From Methanobacteriota archaeon (lineage in GTDB: Archaea; Thermoplasmatota; Poseidoniia; MGIII; CG-Epi1): DNA of 64,000 bases. A program made the position numbers and the translations under genes. The stretch is taken from assembly GCA_014240255.1 (NCBI GenBank), contig JAAZXG010000002.1:16191-80190 (forward strand), given 5' to 3'. Positions 8,602 to 17,381 of this stretch are shown here, in pieces. Position 1 is the stretch's first letter. The number at the start of each line of letters is the position of its first letter. The notes under the pieces are model-generated. The model was given only the letters and a program-made list of their open reading frames with translations, had not been told where the DNA came from and did not search any database.

Positions 8602-11600
8602 ACTTCAACCTTTTCATCAGTTTTGAGTTCCCATTCCAAATTGAGCCTCCATTGGCGGCACCACGCTTCGATAACATGCCTCTCATGATTGGTTCCTTTA
8701 AATTCAGTTATAGTGACATCTTTCCCTCTTTTCGACATTTTAAAGGCTCCAGTCATTCTCGTTGAACTAAAAATAACATTACATGCTCCTAATCCAAATT
8801 TTTGTTTGACATCTTCACTAAGATAATGAGCTAATCTGTCGCCTTGATTTAGAACAAAGCTTCCTTGAAATAAGTGACCTTTAACATGTTCGATATCGTC
8901 TTTTAGAATCCAATATAGTGTATCACTATCTTCTTTTAAAAATCCTTTAACAAGAATTTCTTCCGATTCTAATCTTAGAAGTATACTTCTAAGTTCGGCC
9001 ATTGGGATTTCACCTTTCAAAAGCATTCCAAGGCCCTCAGCTGAAACAATGCCAAAGGACATGATTAGTCTTTTCACAACATTGAATTTTGCTTCGTCAG
9101 GTTCATATATTCTATTGACTGGCAGTGTCCTATAGTTTCCTCTTGTAGTTCTTACTAAGTTTAGAGATTGATAAAGTCTAGCTAAAGACAGTTTGAAAGA
9201 ATCAGGATCCATGCCACTCCTACGATATAATTCTTCTCTTGGCAGTCCTTTGGAATCAATAGCTAGGGCCAATAATCGTCGGTCATCAGGTTCAGGCGGT
9301 ATATTTCGGGCATCACGATAGATAATTGCATCTCTAACGGTACAATAAGTGGAGTATCCTGGAATCATAACGCCTTGAACTAATTCCATTTCATTTCCGT
9401 AATCTCTTGGATGAAAGAAACGGCCTTGAATTCGTAATGACAACTCATATTCCGAGCGTACTCCGCCCATTTCACGGAATGCCATTGAAGCATCATTGTA
9501 TCTTTTTTCAGGATGTATGCTTTGTCTCCATAGCAAGTATCCATATATCTCTCTTTCTTGATATGTTATATTTACTACAGGACCTTTAACTAACCAATTT
9601 CGGATTCTTTGGTATCCTTTTTGCTCAAATTGCTTTATAATATTTCCATCTAAATTTTCAATTTTTGTACTAGCAAAAGCCTTTATTCTTATGATATTGC
9701 TATGAAAATTTTCTTGATAGGTTGCAAACTCGTCCAAACCATCTAAGAAATCACTGATTGATGTGTTTTCATCAAGAATTATTTCCCTAACGTCTAATAA
9801 TCCTGACATTGCCCAAGATTCCATGTATCCTGCCACCATCCCTCCACAAATGATTGGGTTTGTCCATGCTTCACCATACGATGAATACATTTCTCTTCTA
9901 ATATGTGTTAGGATAGGGTCTCTCCACGAAGTAACTCGTACAATTCTTTTTTCAATAGTATTTTTAATGAGCTCAACTTCTTCTTTCAGACAATAAGTGA
10001 ATAGACGGGTAGCCCCTACCACTACAATTTTCGATATTAAATCGTCTTCTTGTAGTGAATTTAAAATATTTCGAGTTATATTTAGTGGAAGCCCACATTC
10101 TCGTCTTAATTCAGCAAAAGTTAGAGGCCCATTACTTCGTAATTGGTCCAACATTAACTTTCTTTCTGGTTTTTCAGGTGATTCATATTCACCAAGAAGA
10201 CGATAGCGATTATGTGTAGTCCAAGGATTTCTATGTCTATTATAGCGATGAATCATTAGTTTTTCTTCTAATGCTCTCAAAGCCCCATCTACTAATTCTG
10301 TTTTTATTTCCAATTCTTTTGTAATTTCGCTTTTTGAAAGAGGTGGGCTTCTCTTTAACATATCCACAATTAAATTTTGTATTTTTCCATCTGCTTCTCT
10401 TCTGAATAAAGCTTGGTATATTCCAACTTTATTAGCAGGCACATATCTCAATTTCCCAGCTGAAAATCTACCTTGTAATATTGCATCTGAGTCTCTCCAT
10501 TCCCACCACTCTTCTAAATCAGGTTTTTCTAATCTATGAAAAACAGTTCTAGGTGATGCCACATCATTATGTTGATCAAATAAAGTTTGTAGACTTGGGA
10601 ATTTCTTAAAAAGTTTTTGATCGATATATTCTCGTAATATCTTCTCTGAGATTACGTCTATATTTCCTAAAGCCTGAGCTTCTAAGTAGATTATATCTTC
10701 AGCTAAAAGGTATTGTGGTGAACTTCTTCCCAAAATAAAGTTTCCGCCTTGTATAGTGCCCTGTTCTTCAAGTTCGTATAGGGTTTGATTAATAATTTCT
10801 TCAGGTAATCTAAGTTCTGAAGAAATATCTTCTTTAGAGCGAGGACCTACAAAGCCCAAATGCTTGGTAATTATCCAATCTAATGCTTTTTCATAGGATA
10901 TGGTAGTATTGATTTCTCTCTTTTTAATTCCATTTGGAGTTCTACAAACTAAGTAGTTTTTTTCTAATTCTTCACAAATCTTTTTGGATTTAATATTCTT
11001 TACTTTATCTAACTTATCATATACTTTCTTAGCTTCTTTGGATAATTTTTCATCAATGCCATATATTGCCTTATAATATGGCGCTAATTCAGGCATAACA
11101 AATAATGAATCTTTATTTCCATTCCATATTGATTCTACAATATTTTCTTCAATCATATAGTTGCATAGCTCTTGTATTTCAGTAGTAGGCATATCAGACA
11201 TACGATAGATTGATTTTTCTTGATCACTCAAAAGATAAATTCCGCCAATCTGTTTTATTGCTTGAATTACACCTTCGTTACTTCCAATAATGGGTTTCTT
11301 TTCGTTGAAGTATCCTTCTATCATATCTTTTTCAAATCTAGGTTTATCGCCTCCTCCTTCTTCAAGAACTCTGCCTAATACTTGAGAATGCAATTCTCTC
11401 AATAGGGCTGAACGATCTTCCATTAGAACAATATCACTAAGCCCAGATAGGATTAGACTGTGAGATAATGGAGATGGAACTGGCGAATAAGTTCTGTAAC
11501 TAATTTTCCTTTTCCCATTTTCAATATCGTCGATAATAACCTGCGCATTTTTTAAATCAAAAGCATCATGTAATACTTCGCGATATGCTTCTTCTAGCAT

Positions 11601-13934
11601 AGGAAACGTACCAACTTCATTAATGGCTTCCAAAACTTGTGCAGTTCTTAATTGTTGTCTTGGTAATGATATTTCTCTACCTTTGTAGTTCCGTAAGACC
11701 ATGAATGAACGATTAGCACAATGTCTAAATCTTTGCGCAAAGATTTCAGTATTGGTAATAGATTTCCGTAATAATGGTTCTAAATATTTTGGCATGAGTC
11801 TGTCGGCAATTCCTTCAATGGCCAATCTAGTAGGGAATGTTAATAAAAATGCATCATCACTTAATGAAATCCTAACACTTCCTCCTATTTCTTTCCCCAA
11901 TTGGAATGCAAATGCTCTTGCTAAAGCATCATTGACTCTTCTACCAAAAGGAAAGTGGAATATTGCTCCACTTCGCCCCCGATTGTCGATATATCCTTCA
12001 ACCATAAGATGTTTGTCAGAAGGAATAAATCCACAAATTTTCTTTTGTTCATCTAAATGTGAGATTATAGTTCTAGCTGCACCCTTGTCTAGTTTAAACT
12101 CATCTTCAAGCCAACTATAAATTTCGTCTTCAGTAAGTTTTAATTTTTCTTCAACTTCGCCTCTAAATCTTCCAACAGCTTCAGACAAATCAAAAGATCG
12201 AGGTAACATTTCTCCAGACCAAGAAGGTACGGTTGGCTTTCTTCCAAGTCCATCTTTTACAACCACTGTCGATCTATTAGATTCTAAAAATTGATAGGTT
12301 CGGCCCCCTAGAACAAAAATATCATTTTTAGATAGATTCTCAACAAATTTTTCAGATAAGTTCCCTAATTGAGCCCCTCTTCCTTCAAGAACAACAGCAT
12401 AGTTTATCTCCTGTGGAATGGTGCCTATATTCATGTTATAAATTTGGCGTGAACCTCTCTTTATTCCAATTTCCTTTTCAGTTTTATCATACCATATTTT
12501 AGGATAAACACCGTGTTTTTCTAATGCATCTCCACCTAAGAAATCTAATATTTCTAGAAATTCATTTTTAGATAAATTACGATACGGGTATGCTGAAATT
12601 ATGAGTTTATACATCTCCTCAACACCCCATGTTCTATCTAGTGACATTCCAATTATGGATTGAGCTAAAACATCCGTAGCTTTTTCAGGTATAGATACTC
12701 TATCAATTTCTCCATCATAAGCCGATCTAACTAAAACAGCACACTCAATTAAATCATCCGAATCAAATACAACAAGTCGGCCCTTTGATATGGCTCTTAA
12801 AGCGTGGCCTGCCCTTCCAATACGTTGTAGGCCTTTTGCAATAGATTTAGGAGACCCAATTTGAACAACTAAGTCTACATATCCAATATCGATTCCTAAT
12901 TCAAGACTCGTCGAAGAAATTACAACATCCATTTCTCCACCCTTTAATTTTTTCTCAACATCAAATCTCATTTCTTTTGATAAAGAGCCGTGATGTGCAG
13001 CTAATTTTTCGATTCCCCTTTCTTTAAGTTGCAATGAAATGGACTCTGTTCCAGCCCTCGTATTTGTGAAAATAAGGGTAGTTCGGTGATCTTGAATTAA
13101 ATCAACAAGAAGATCATACATTTTTGAATTAATAACCTCAGTAGAATGCAGGGTAAGATCATCAACAGGGCAAAGAACTTTTAGATCCAGATGTTTTCTT
13201 TCTTTAACATCTACAATATTCACATGCCTTGGTTTACCCTTTTTGTATCCTCCTAGAAATCCAGCAATATCTTCAATGGGTGCTTGTGTCGCCGATAAGC
13301 CAATTCTTACAGGCTCCCGATCAATGATTTGTGCTAGTCTTTCAACCGAAAGAGAGAGATGTGTTCCTCTTTTATTATTTGCTAAGTCATGTATCTCATC
13401 TAAAATAATATATCTTGTTCTTCTGAAATGATCTCGAAATTTTTTAGATGATAATAATAGGCCTAAACTCTCTGGAGTAGTAATTAGAATATGTGGTGGC
13501 TTCCTAACCATTCTTGCTCTTTCTTTAAGTGAGGTGTCACCCGATCGAACGGCTACTTTAATTTCAGGAACCTCTATGTTTAGTTCTTCAGCCAGTATCA
13601 TCATTTCATCAAGTGGCTGCTTTAAATTTCTATCAATATCATTTGCGAGAGCTTTTAACGGTGAAATATAGATTGCGTGGACTCCATCTTCAAAATTTTC
13701 TTCACGATGGAGTTTAAGAAAATTATTTAGAATGCTTAAAAATGCAGTTAAGGTTTTACCAGTTCCAGTTGGACTTGAAACTAAAACATTTTTATTATTA
13801 TCTATTAATGGAACTGCCATTGCCTGCGGCGGAGTTAAATCATCAAACTTGTTGTTAAACCAAGTCCTAATCAAGGGTTCAAAACCATTCAAAACTTCTT
13901 CTTTAGTTTTTCTATTAGTTATGTATGTTACCAT
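8598..13934 (-). CDS. lhr: Lhr-family ATP-dependent DNA helicase with very long C-terminal extension (1778 aa)
   Basis: SF2 motifs SSPTGTGKT (I), ILDEIHDL (II, DEIH), LSAT (III) and QRIGRAGH (VI). Lhr-specific WH/domain-4 region follows (..FHFPFGRRVNDALARAF..). After ~aa 860 come ~920 aa with several wHTH-like segments. Confidence 0.9.
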   Translation of the reverse strand: MVTYITNRKTKEEVLNGFEPLIRTWFNNKFDDLTPPQAMAVPLIDNNKNVLVSSPTGTGKTLTAFLSILNNFLKLHREENFEDGVHAIYISPLKALANDIDRNLKQPLDEMMILAEELNIEVPEIKVAVRSGDTSLKERARMVRKPPHILITTPESLGLLLSSKKFRDHFRRTRYIILDEIHDLANNKRGTHLSLSVERLAQIIDREPVRIGLSATQAPIEDIAGFLGGYKKGKPRHVNIVDVKERKHLDLKVLCPVDDLTLHSTEVINSKMYDLLVDLIQDHRTTLIFTNTRAGTESISLQLKERGIEKLAAHHGSLSKEMRFDVEKKLKGGEMDVVISSTSLELGIDIGYVDLVVQIGSPKSIAKGLQRIGRAGHALRAISKGRLVVFDSDDLIECAVLVRSAYDGEIDRVSIPEKATDVLAQSIIGMSLDRTWGVEEMYKLIISAYPYRNLSKNEFLEILDFLGGDALEKHGVYPKIWYDKTEKEIGIKRGSRQIYNMNIGTIPQEINYAVVLEGRGAQLGNLSEKFVENLSKNDIFVLGGRTYQFLESNRSTVVVKDGLGRKPTVPSWSGEMLPRSFDLSEAVGRFRGEVEEKLKLTEDEIYSWLEDEFKLDKGAARTIISHLDEQKKICGFIPSDKHLMVEGYIDNRGRSGAIFHFPFGRRVNDALARAFAFQLGKEIGGSVRISLSDDAFLLTFPTRLAIEGIADRLMPKYLEPLLRKSITNTEIFAQRFRHCANRSFMVLRNYKGREISLPRQQLRTAQVLEAINEVGTFPMLEEAYREVLHDAFDLKNAQVIIDDIENGKRKISYRTYSPVPSPLSHSLILSGLSDIVLMEDRSALLRELHSQVLGRVLEEGGGDKPRFEKDMIEGYFNEKKPIIGSNEGVIQAIKQIGGIYLLSDQEKSIYRMSDMPTTEIQELCNYMIEENIVESIWNGNKDSLFVMPELAPYYKAIYGIDEKLSKEAKKVYDKLDKVKNIKSKKICEELEKNYLVCRTPNGIKKREINTTISYEKALDWIITKHLGFVGPRSKEDISSELRLPEEIINQTLYELEEQGTIQGGNFILGRSSPQYLLAEDIIYLEAQALGNIDVISEKILREYIDQKLFKKFPSLQTLFDQHNDVASPRTVFHRLEKPDLEEWWEWRDSDAILQGRFSAGKLRYVPANKVGIYQALFRREADGKIQNLIVDMLKRSPPLSKSEITKELEIKTELVDGALRALEEKLMIHRYNRHRNPWTTHNRYRLLGEYESPEKPERKLMLDQLRSNGPLTFAELRRECGLPLNITRNILNSLQEDDLISKIVVVGATRLFTYCLKEEVELIKNTIEKRIVRVTSWRDPILTHIRREMYSSYGEAWTNPIICGGMVAGYMESWAMSGLLDVREIILDENTSISDFLDGLDEFATYQENFHSNIIRIKAFASTKIENLDGNIIKQFEQKGYQRIRNWLVKGPVVNITYQEREIYGYLLWRQSIHPEKRYNDASMAFREMGGVRSEYELSLRIQGRFFHPRDYGNEMELVQGVMIPGYSTYCTVRDAIIYRDARNIPPEPDDRRLLALAIDSKGLPREELYRRSGMDPDSFKLSLARLYQSLNLVRTTRGNYRTLPVNRIYEPDEAKFNVVKRLIMSFGIVSAEGLGMLLKGEIPMAELRSILLRLESEEILVKGFLKEDSDTLYWILKDDIEHVKGHLFQGSFVLNQGDRLAHYLSEDVKQKFGLGACNVIFSSTRMTGAFKMSKRGKDVTITEFKGTNHERHVIEAWCRQWRLNLEWELKTDEKVEV

Positions 13935-13969
13935 GTTTTTTGATTAACCGTTTGCCACTGAATAGCGTA

Positions 13970-14005
13970 GGGTGTAATAGGCTATGGGTGTAATAGGTAT
14001 AAATT
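13970..14005 (+). promoter_or_regulatory. direct repeat pair plus TATA box upstream of tRNA-Thr
   Basis: GGGTGTAATAGG occurs at 13970-13981 and 13986-13997 (16-nt period). TATAAATT follows immediately at 13998-14005, ~40 nt upstream of the mature tRNA 5' end at 14046. Confidence 0.5.
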
Positions 14006-14045
14006 GTGCTAAACTCTTTTTAGCCCCCCTCAGTCGCATTTTTGA

Positions 14046-14120
14046 GCCATCGTGGCTAAGGGGTATAGCGGTGCCTTGGTAAGGCGCAGGTCGTGGGTTC
14101 GATTCCCACCGATGGCTCCA
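14046..14120 (+). tRNA. tRNA-Thr (anticodon GGU), CCA encoded
   Basis: GCCATCG/CGATGGC acceptor stem. D arm GCTA-AGGGGTA-TAGC. Anticodon stem GTGCC/GGCGC with loop TTGGTAA. T arm GTGGG-TTCGATT-CCCAC. Discriminator T plus CCA. Length 75 nt. Confidence 0.9.
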
Positions 14121-14711
14121 TTATTGGACATAATAGGCTCTATGGCCCTTAGCCCATTTTGAAATATTAATACATTCCACAGTTTTGAAATGAGTTTCCA
14201 TTTTTTTTTGATATAGTGCAATAATCTCGTTGTCGTTTCCTCTAATTGATTTTGATTTGAGCATGAGAAAACCACATTTAGGTTTAAAATAGTTGTAGTT
14301 TCTTATAAAAATATCCAATTGATTACCTTGCGCAATATCCTGGTATATTACATCTGGTGAATTAGCATGAGGTCGATAATGTTTTGGAAATTGTGCATCG
14401 CCTAAGAAGGGGATAATGTTTTCTTTTTCTTCAACTAAGAGAAGTAATTCAGCCATTGAAGTAGGAGAGATGTCTACTCCAATTATCCGCCCCTCATAAC
14501 AAATATTGCTAAGAAAACGTATAGTTGTTCCTTCCGCAGCTCCTAAATATAAGACAATACTTTTTTTGGTAAATGGCCAATACATTCCTTTAGCTAATAT
14601 ATATGCTGATAACTTTGAATGATATGGATTCCAAGTAATCCAATTTTTATTTTCTTTAATTTCTAAGAATGACCTTTTTTTCCTTATGCCGTTTGGCAAG
14701 TTCATAATCAT
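14121..14711 (-). CDS. flpA: fibrillarin-like rRNA/tRNA 2'-O-methyltransferase
   Basis: W.NPYHSKLSAYIL, SAM motif VLYLGAAEGTT, ..GVDISP.., IPFLGDA and YQDIAQ are collinear with archaeal fibrillarin. Its start overlaps the top6B stop (ATGA). Confidence 0.85.
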   Translation of the reverse strand: MIMNLPNGIRKKRSFLEIKENKNWITWNPYHSKLSAYILAKGMYWPFTKKSIVLYLGAAEGTTIRFLSNICYEGRIIGVDISPTSMAELLLLVEEKENIIPFLGDAQFPKHYRPHANSPDVIYQDIAQGNQLDIFIRNYNYFKPKCGFLMLKSKSIRGNDNEIIALYQKKMETHFKTVECINISKWAKGHRAYYVQ

Positions 14712-16906
14712 ACAAGTCCTTGTTTTTCAGCTTCCAAGGCCTCATTTATTCCAGGGTCAATCACTCCAGTCCATTTTTCAGCTCCGATTATATTTGTAGA
14801 ATCTATTCCTTCTACCCACATTTCCAATCCTTCAAAACTAGTACGGGTTCCTTGAGGTATCACAAATTTATATTTTGCAGATTCAGTGGTTGGTAAACCT
14901 ACAGACCAAATAGCATGACTCCCTTCTCTTTTACCAGGCCGAGGTAATCCTTCTGTAATTTCATGTCCAGGCACTACAACTCTTAATTTGAAATTAGCAG
15001 ATCTTAAGCGATAATTAATAATTTTAATTTCAATTTGAATTTGGTCTTTTTCAAATTCTATTTTTTCTTCAATCCAAACAACATCCATTATTGCAGCTAC
15101 TATTTTATCCAGATTAGGCACAGGTTTACCTACAACACTGGAGGCTTTTTCAGCAATAGCTGGTAAAACTTTTTGAACTAAATCAAATTTCTCACTAACT
15201 TTAGCCCGTTTCTTTTGTTTTTTAAGATGCTTTGAAAGAGTTTTAGCATTATTTCTTAATGCTAGTTTTATTTCTTTCTTAATTTCTTCTATATCTGCGA
15301 TTGCTTCTTTTGCTTCAGACGTAAATGGTATATTTGTTGAAGCCACATGAACTAAAATAATTGCCGGTCCACTTGGCGTACCTTTTCCGCCTTTTTGATC
15401 AAGACCGTATAGCCTCCAATTGATACTTTGAATGGCCTTAGTAATGGCGCAACCTCCTGCCTGATATAGTAGAGGAACTCTATTTGCAAATCTTAGAATC
15501 TGTACGGGTTGTTCTTTTGGTAAGTTTCCTCCGTAAACCATTCCAACTTCAACTAAGAAAGGAGTACCTGAAAAAACAGATGGTGTTCTGCTAATGGGTA
15601 GTGTGTAAAAGTCAGGTCTGTATTCTTCTAAAACTTGCTTTAATCCTAATTTTATTAATTTAGGTCCGATAGGTACCAATACTCCGCTTGTTGGAGTTCT
15701 TATTGATGTAGTTTTGAATGCCTCTATCAATTTTTTAGCTTCAACTCGTGTAGTGTCTTGTGGTCTAACTAAGTGATTTAATCTTGCTTTCTTCAAAACA
15801 TCACTTATACTTTTTGTCCCCATCGATGAAAAATCTTTGCGGAGGAAACTCCCCATTTGATGTTCAGAACTATGGTGGGCCATGCGCATCAATTGTCCTA
15901 ATTCAACACCATGTGGATGAGGTTTGACACCTTCAGTTGGTAATTTAGGTAATTTGTGACTTCCTCGATCAAATAAGAAAACTTGACCATCTGGATTCTT
16001 AAAAATTATTTTAGCATGGGGATTTACAATGGCAGTAGACTTGAGATACTCCAAAACAGATGGTCTAGCTTCACGATACCTTCCTTTAATTGCAAATTCT
16101 ACTCTAGTTCCATGGTATTTTTCAGGATAAATACCATCTTCATCAGGTTCTTCAGTATCGTTTTTCCAAACAAAATCTTCAGTTCTCTCAATATTTCCTC
16201 TATTATTTCGAGTATCTAATTTCATAGTTATTCTGTTTGCTAAATGCTCTTTAGATATTCTCGTACTAATGATTGCAGATCTTCCAGTTGTTAGTTGTCC
16301 ATACATTATAGCGGCTGAGATTCCAATTCCCTGTTGTCCACGAGATTGTTTTCCGCTCCCAAAACGAGAACCATATAGTAGTCTTCCAAAAACATTAGGT
16401 ACATTTTCCTCAACAATTCCAGGCCCATTATCTTCAATGGCAATACTTAATTCATCTTTTCCTAAATTCCCAATTTCGATTTTTAATTCAGGTAAGAATC
16501 CAGCTTGTTCACATGCATCCAAACTATTGTCTACTCCTTCTTTAACGGCAGTTATTAGTGAATGCGTAGGATTGTCAAATCCTAGGATATGTCTGTTTTG
16601 TTCAAAAAATTCGGAAACCGGAATATCTCGTTGTTCTTTTGCAAGCTGATGAGCTTTAGTTTTTTTTTTAATCTTTTTTTTAGGTTCTTTTTTTTCTATT
16701 TCTTTTGCATCTAATTTCTTTTTTTCATTTGTGCTTTCCTTATCTGAATCTTTTTTGTCTTTCACTTCAGGGTTAATTTGTTTAGTAATCTCATTTTCAT
16801 CTTTTCCCTCTACTTTATCGCCCTCAGTCTGAGGTTCTTCAGGAGTATTATCATCAGCTTCGAAATCGAAGGTCATTTGACCCATGTTTAACCATATAAA
16901 AGCCAA
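14708..16906 (-). CDS. top6B: DNA topoisomerase VI subunit B with Lys/Glu-rich N-terminal extension
   Basis: The canonical N-terminus ..QRDIPVSEFFEQNRHILGFDNP begins only at ~aa 95. GHKL/Bergerat motifs EGVDNSLDA, DNGPGI and GQQGIGISA are present, plus transducer and C-terminal Ig-like regions. Confidence 0.9.
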   Translation of the reverse strand: MAFIWLNMGQMTFDFEADDNTPEEPQTEGDKVEGKDENEITKQINPEVKDKKDSDKESTNEKKKLDAKEIEKKEPKKKIKKKTKAHQLAKEQRDIPVSEFFEQNRHILGFDNPTHSLITAVKEGVDNSLDACEQAGFLPELKIEIGNLGKDELSIAIEDNGPGIVEENVPNVFGRLLYGSRFGSGKQSRGQQGIGISAAIMYGQLTTGRSAIISTRISKEHLANRITMKLDTRNNRGNIERTEDFVWKNDTEEPDEDGIYPEKYHGTRVEFAIKGRYREARPSVLEYLKSTAIVNPHAKIIFKNPDGQVFLFDRGSHKLPKLPTEGVKPHPHGVELGQLMRMAHHSSEHQMGSFLRKDFSSMGTKSISDVLKKARLNHLVRPQDTTRVEAKKLIEAFKTTSIRTPTSGVLVPIGPKLIKLGLKQVLEEYRPDFYTLPISRTPSVFSGTPFLVEVGMVYGGNLPKEQPVQILRFANRVPLLYQAGGCAITKAIQSINWRLYGLDQKGGKGTPSGPAIILVHVASTNIPFTSEAKEAIADIEEIKKEIKLALRNNAKTLSKHLKKQKKRAKVSEKFDLVQKVLPAIAEKASSVVGKPVPNLDKIVAAIMDVVWIEEKIEFEKDQIQIEIKIINYRLRSANFKLRVVVPGHEITEGLPRPGKREGSHAIWSVGLPTTESAKYKFVIPQGTRTSFEGLEMWVEGIDSTNIIGAEKWTGVIDPGINEALEAEKQGLV

Positions 16907-16928
16907 TAATTAAGCGGTAGGGGTGACC

Positions 16929-17381
16929 TCAAAGAAAGTTTATTTTACAAAATTTTGATTTTGGAAGTTGGTTCTTAAGCACTTCACCATTCCAATGCCC
17001 ACAACCTAAGAATCTTTTATTATTTACCATTAGTACAAATCCAGGGATTATAGATTTACTATTTTCTAGGATTAGATCTTCTCCCATACAATACTTAATT
17101 GTATTCTCATTATCAAGTTCTACATAATTTTTAGTAACATATTTCCCAAAAAGTTGGAGAAAATTGGTTGTTGGTTTAGGGCTTTTATCAAGCCTAAAAA
17201 TACAAATTCCTTTACTTTCTGGAATAATTCTTTCAAGTTCTAAAGTATTTGCGAGGTATATTTTATTCTTTGATCCAGAATGCCAAATATATCCCTCCCA
17301 AATATTAGGATTTATTCCAAAGCGTTCAAGACAGTACTCTAAAAGCACGTTTTTTTTCACTTCATCTAATTTCTTCAACAT
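16929..17381 (-). CDS. stand-alone RsmF-C-terminal/PUA-like RNA-binding domain protein
   Basis: The C-terminal ..VNNKRFLGCGHWNGEVLKNQLPKSK matches the end of the methyltransferase-associated PUA-like domain (LG.gk..g..lKN.lPk). Its ATG overlaps the stop of the upstream m5C methyltransferase gene by 7 nt. Confidence 0.5.
   Translation of the reverse strand: MLKKLDEVKKNVLLEYCLERFGINPNIWEGYIWHSGSKNKIYLANTLELERIIPESKGICIFRLDKSPKPTTNFLQLFGKYVTKNYVELDNENTIKYCMGEDLILENSKSIIPGFVLMVNNKRFLGCGHWNGEVLKNQLPKSKFCKINFL

Noticed and set aside
11701-12120. 139-aa plus-strand ORF inside lhr, and similar ORFs at 16269-16649, 51288-51713, 34379-34711 and 29673-30020
   Set aside because: All lie antisense within long genes with strong homology. 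None has motifs, plausible promoters or independent support.
14030-14275. 81-aa minus-strand ORF in the track
   Set aside because: It runs antisense through tRNA-Thr (14046-14120) and out of frame across the 3' end of the fibrillarin gene. The cloverleaf and the fibrillarin homology explain the region.
16929-17381. Candidate top6A upstream of top6B
   Set aside because: It is only 150 aa, lacks the 5Y-CAP and TOPRIM motifs (no DxD or catalytic Tyr context), and its C-terminus resembles a PUA-like methyltransferase domain instead.
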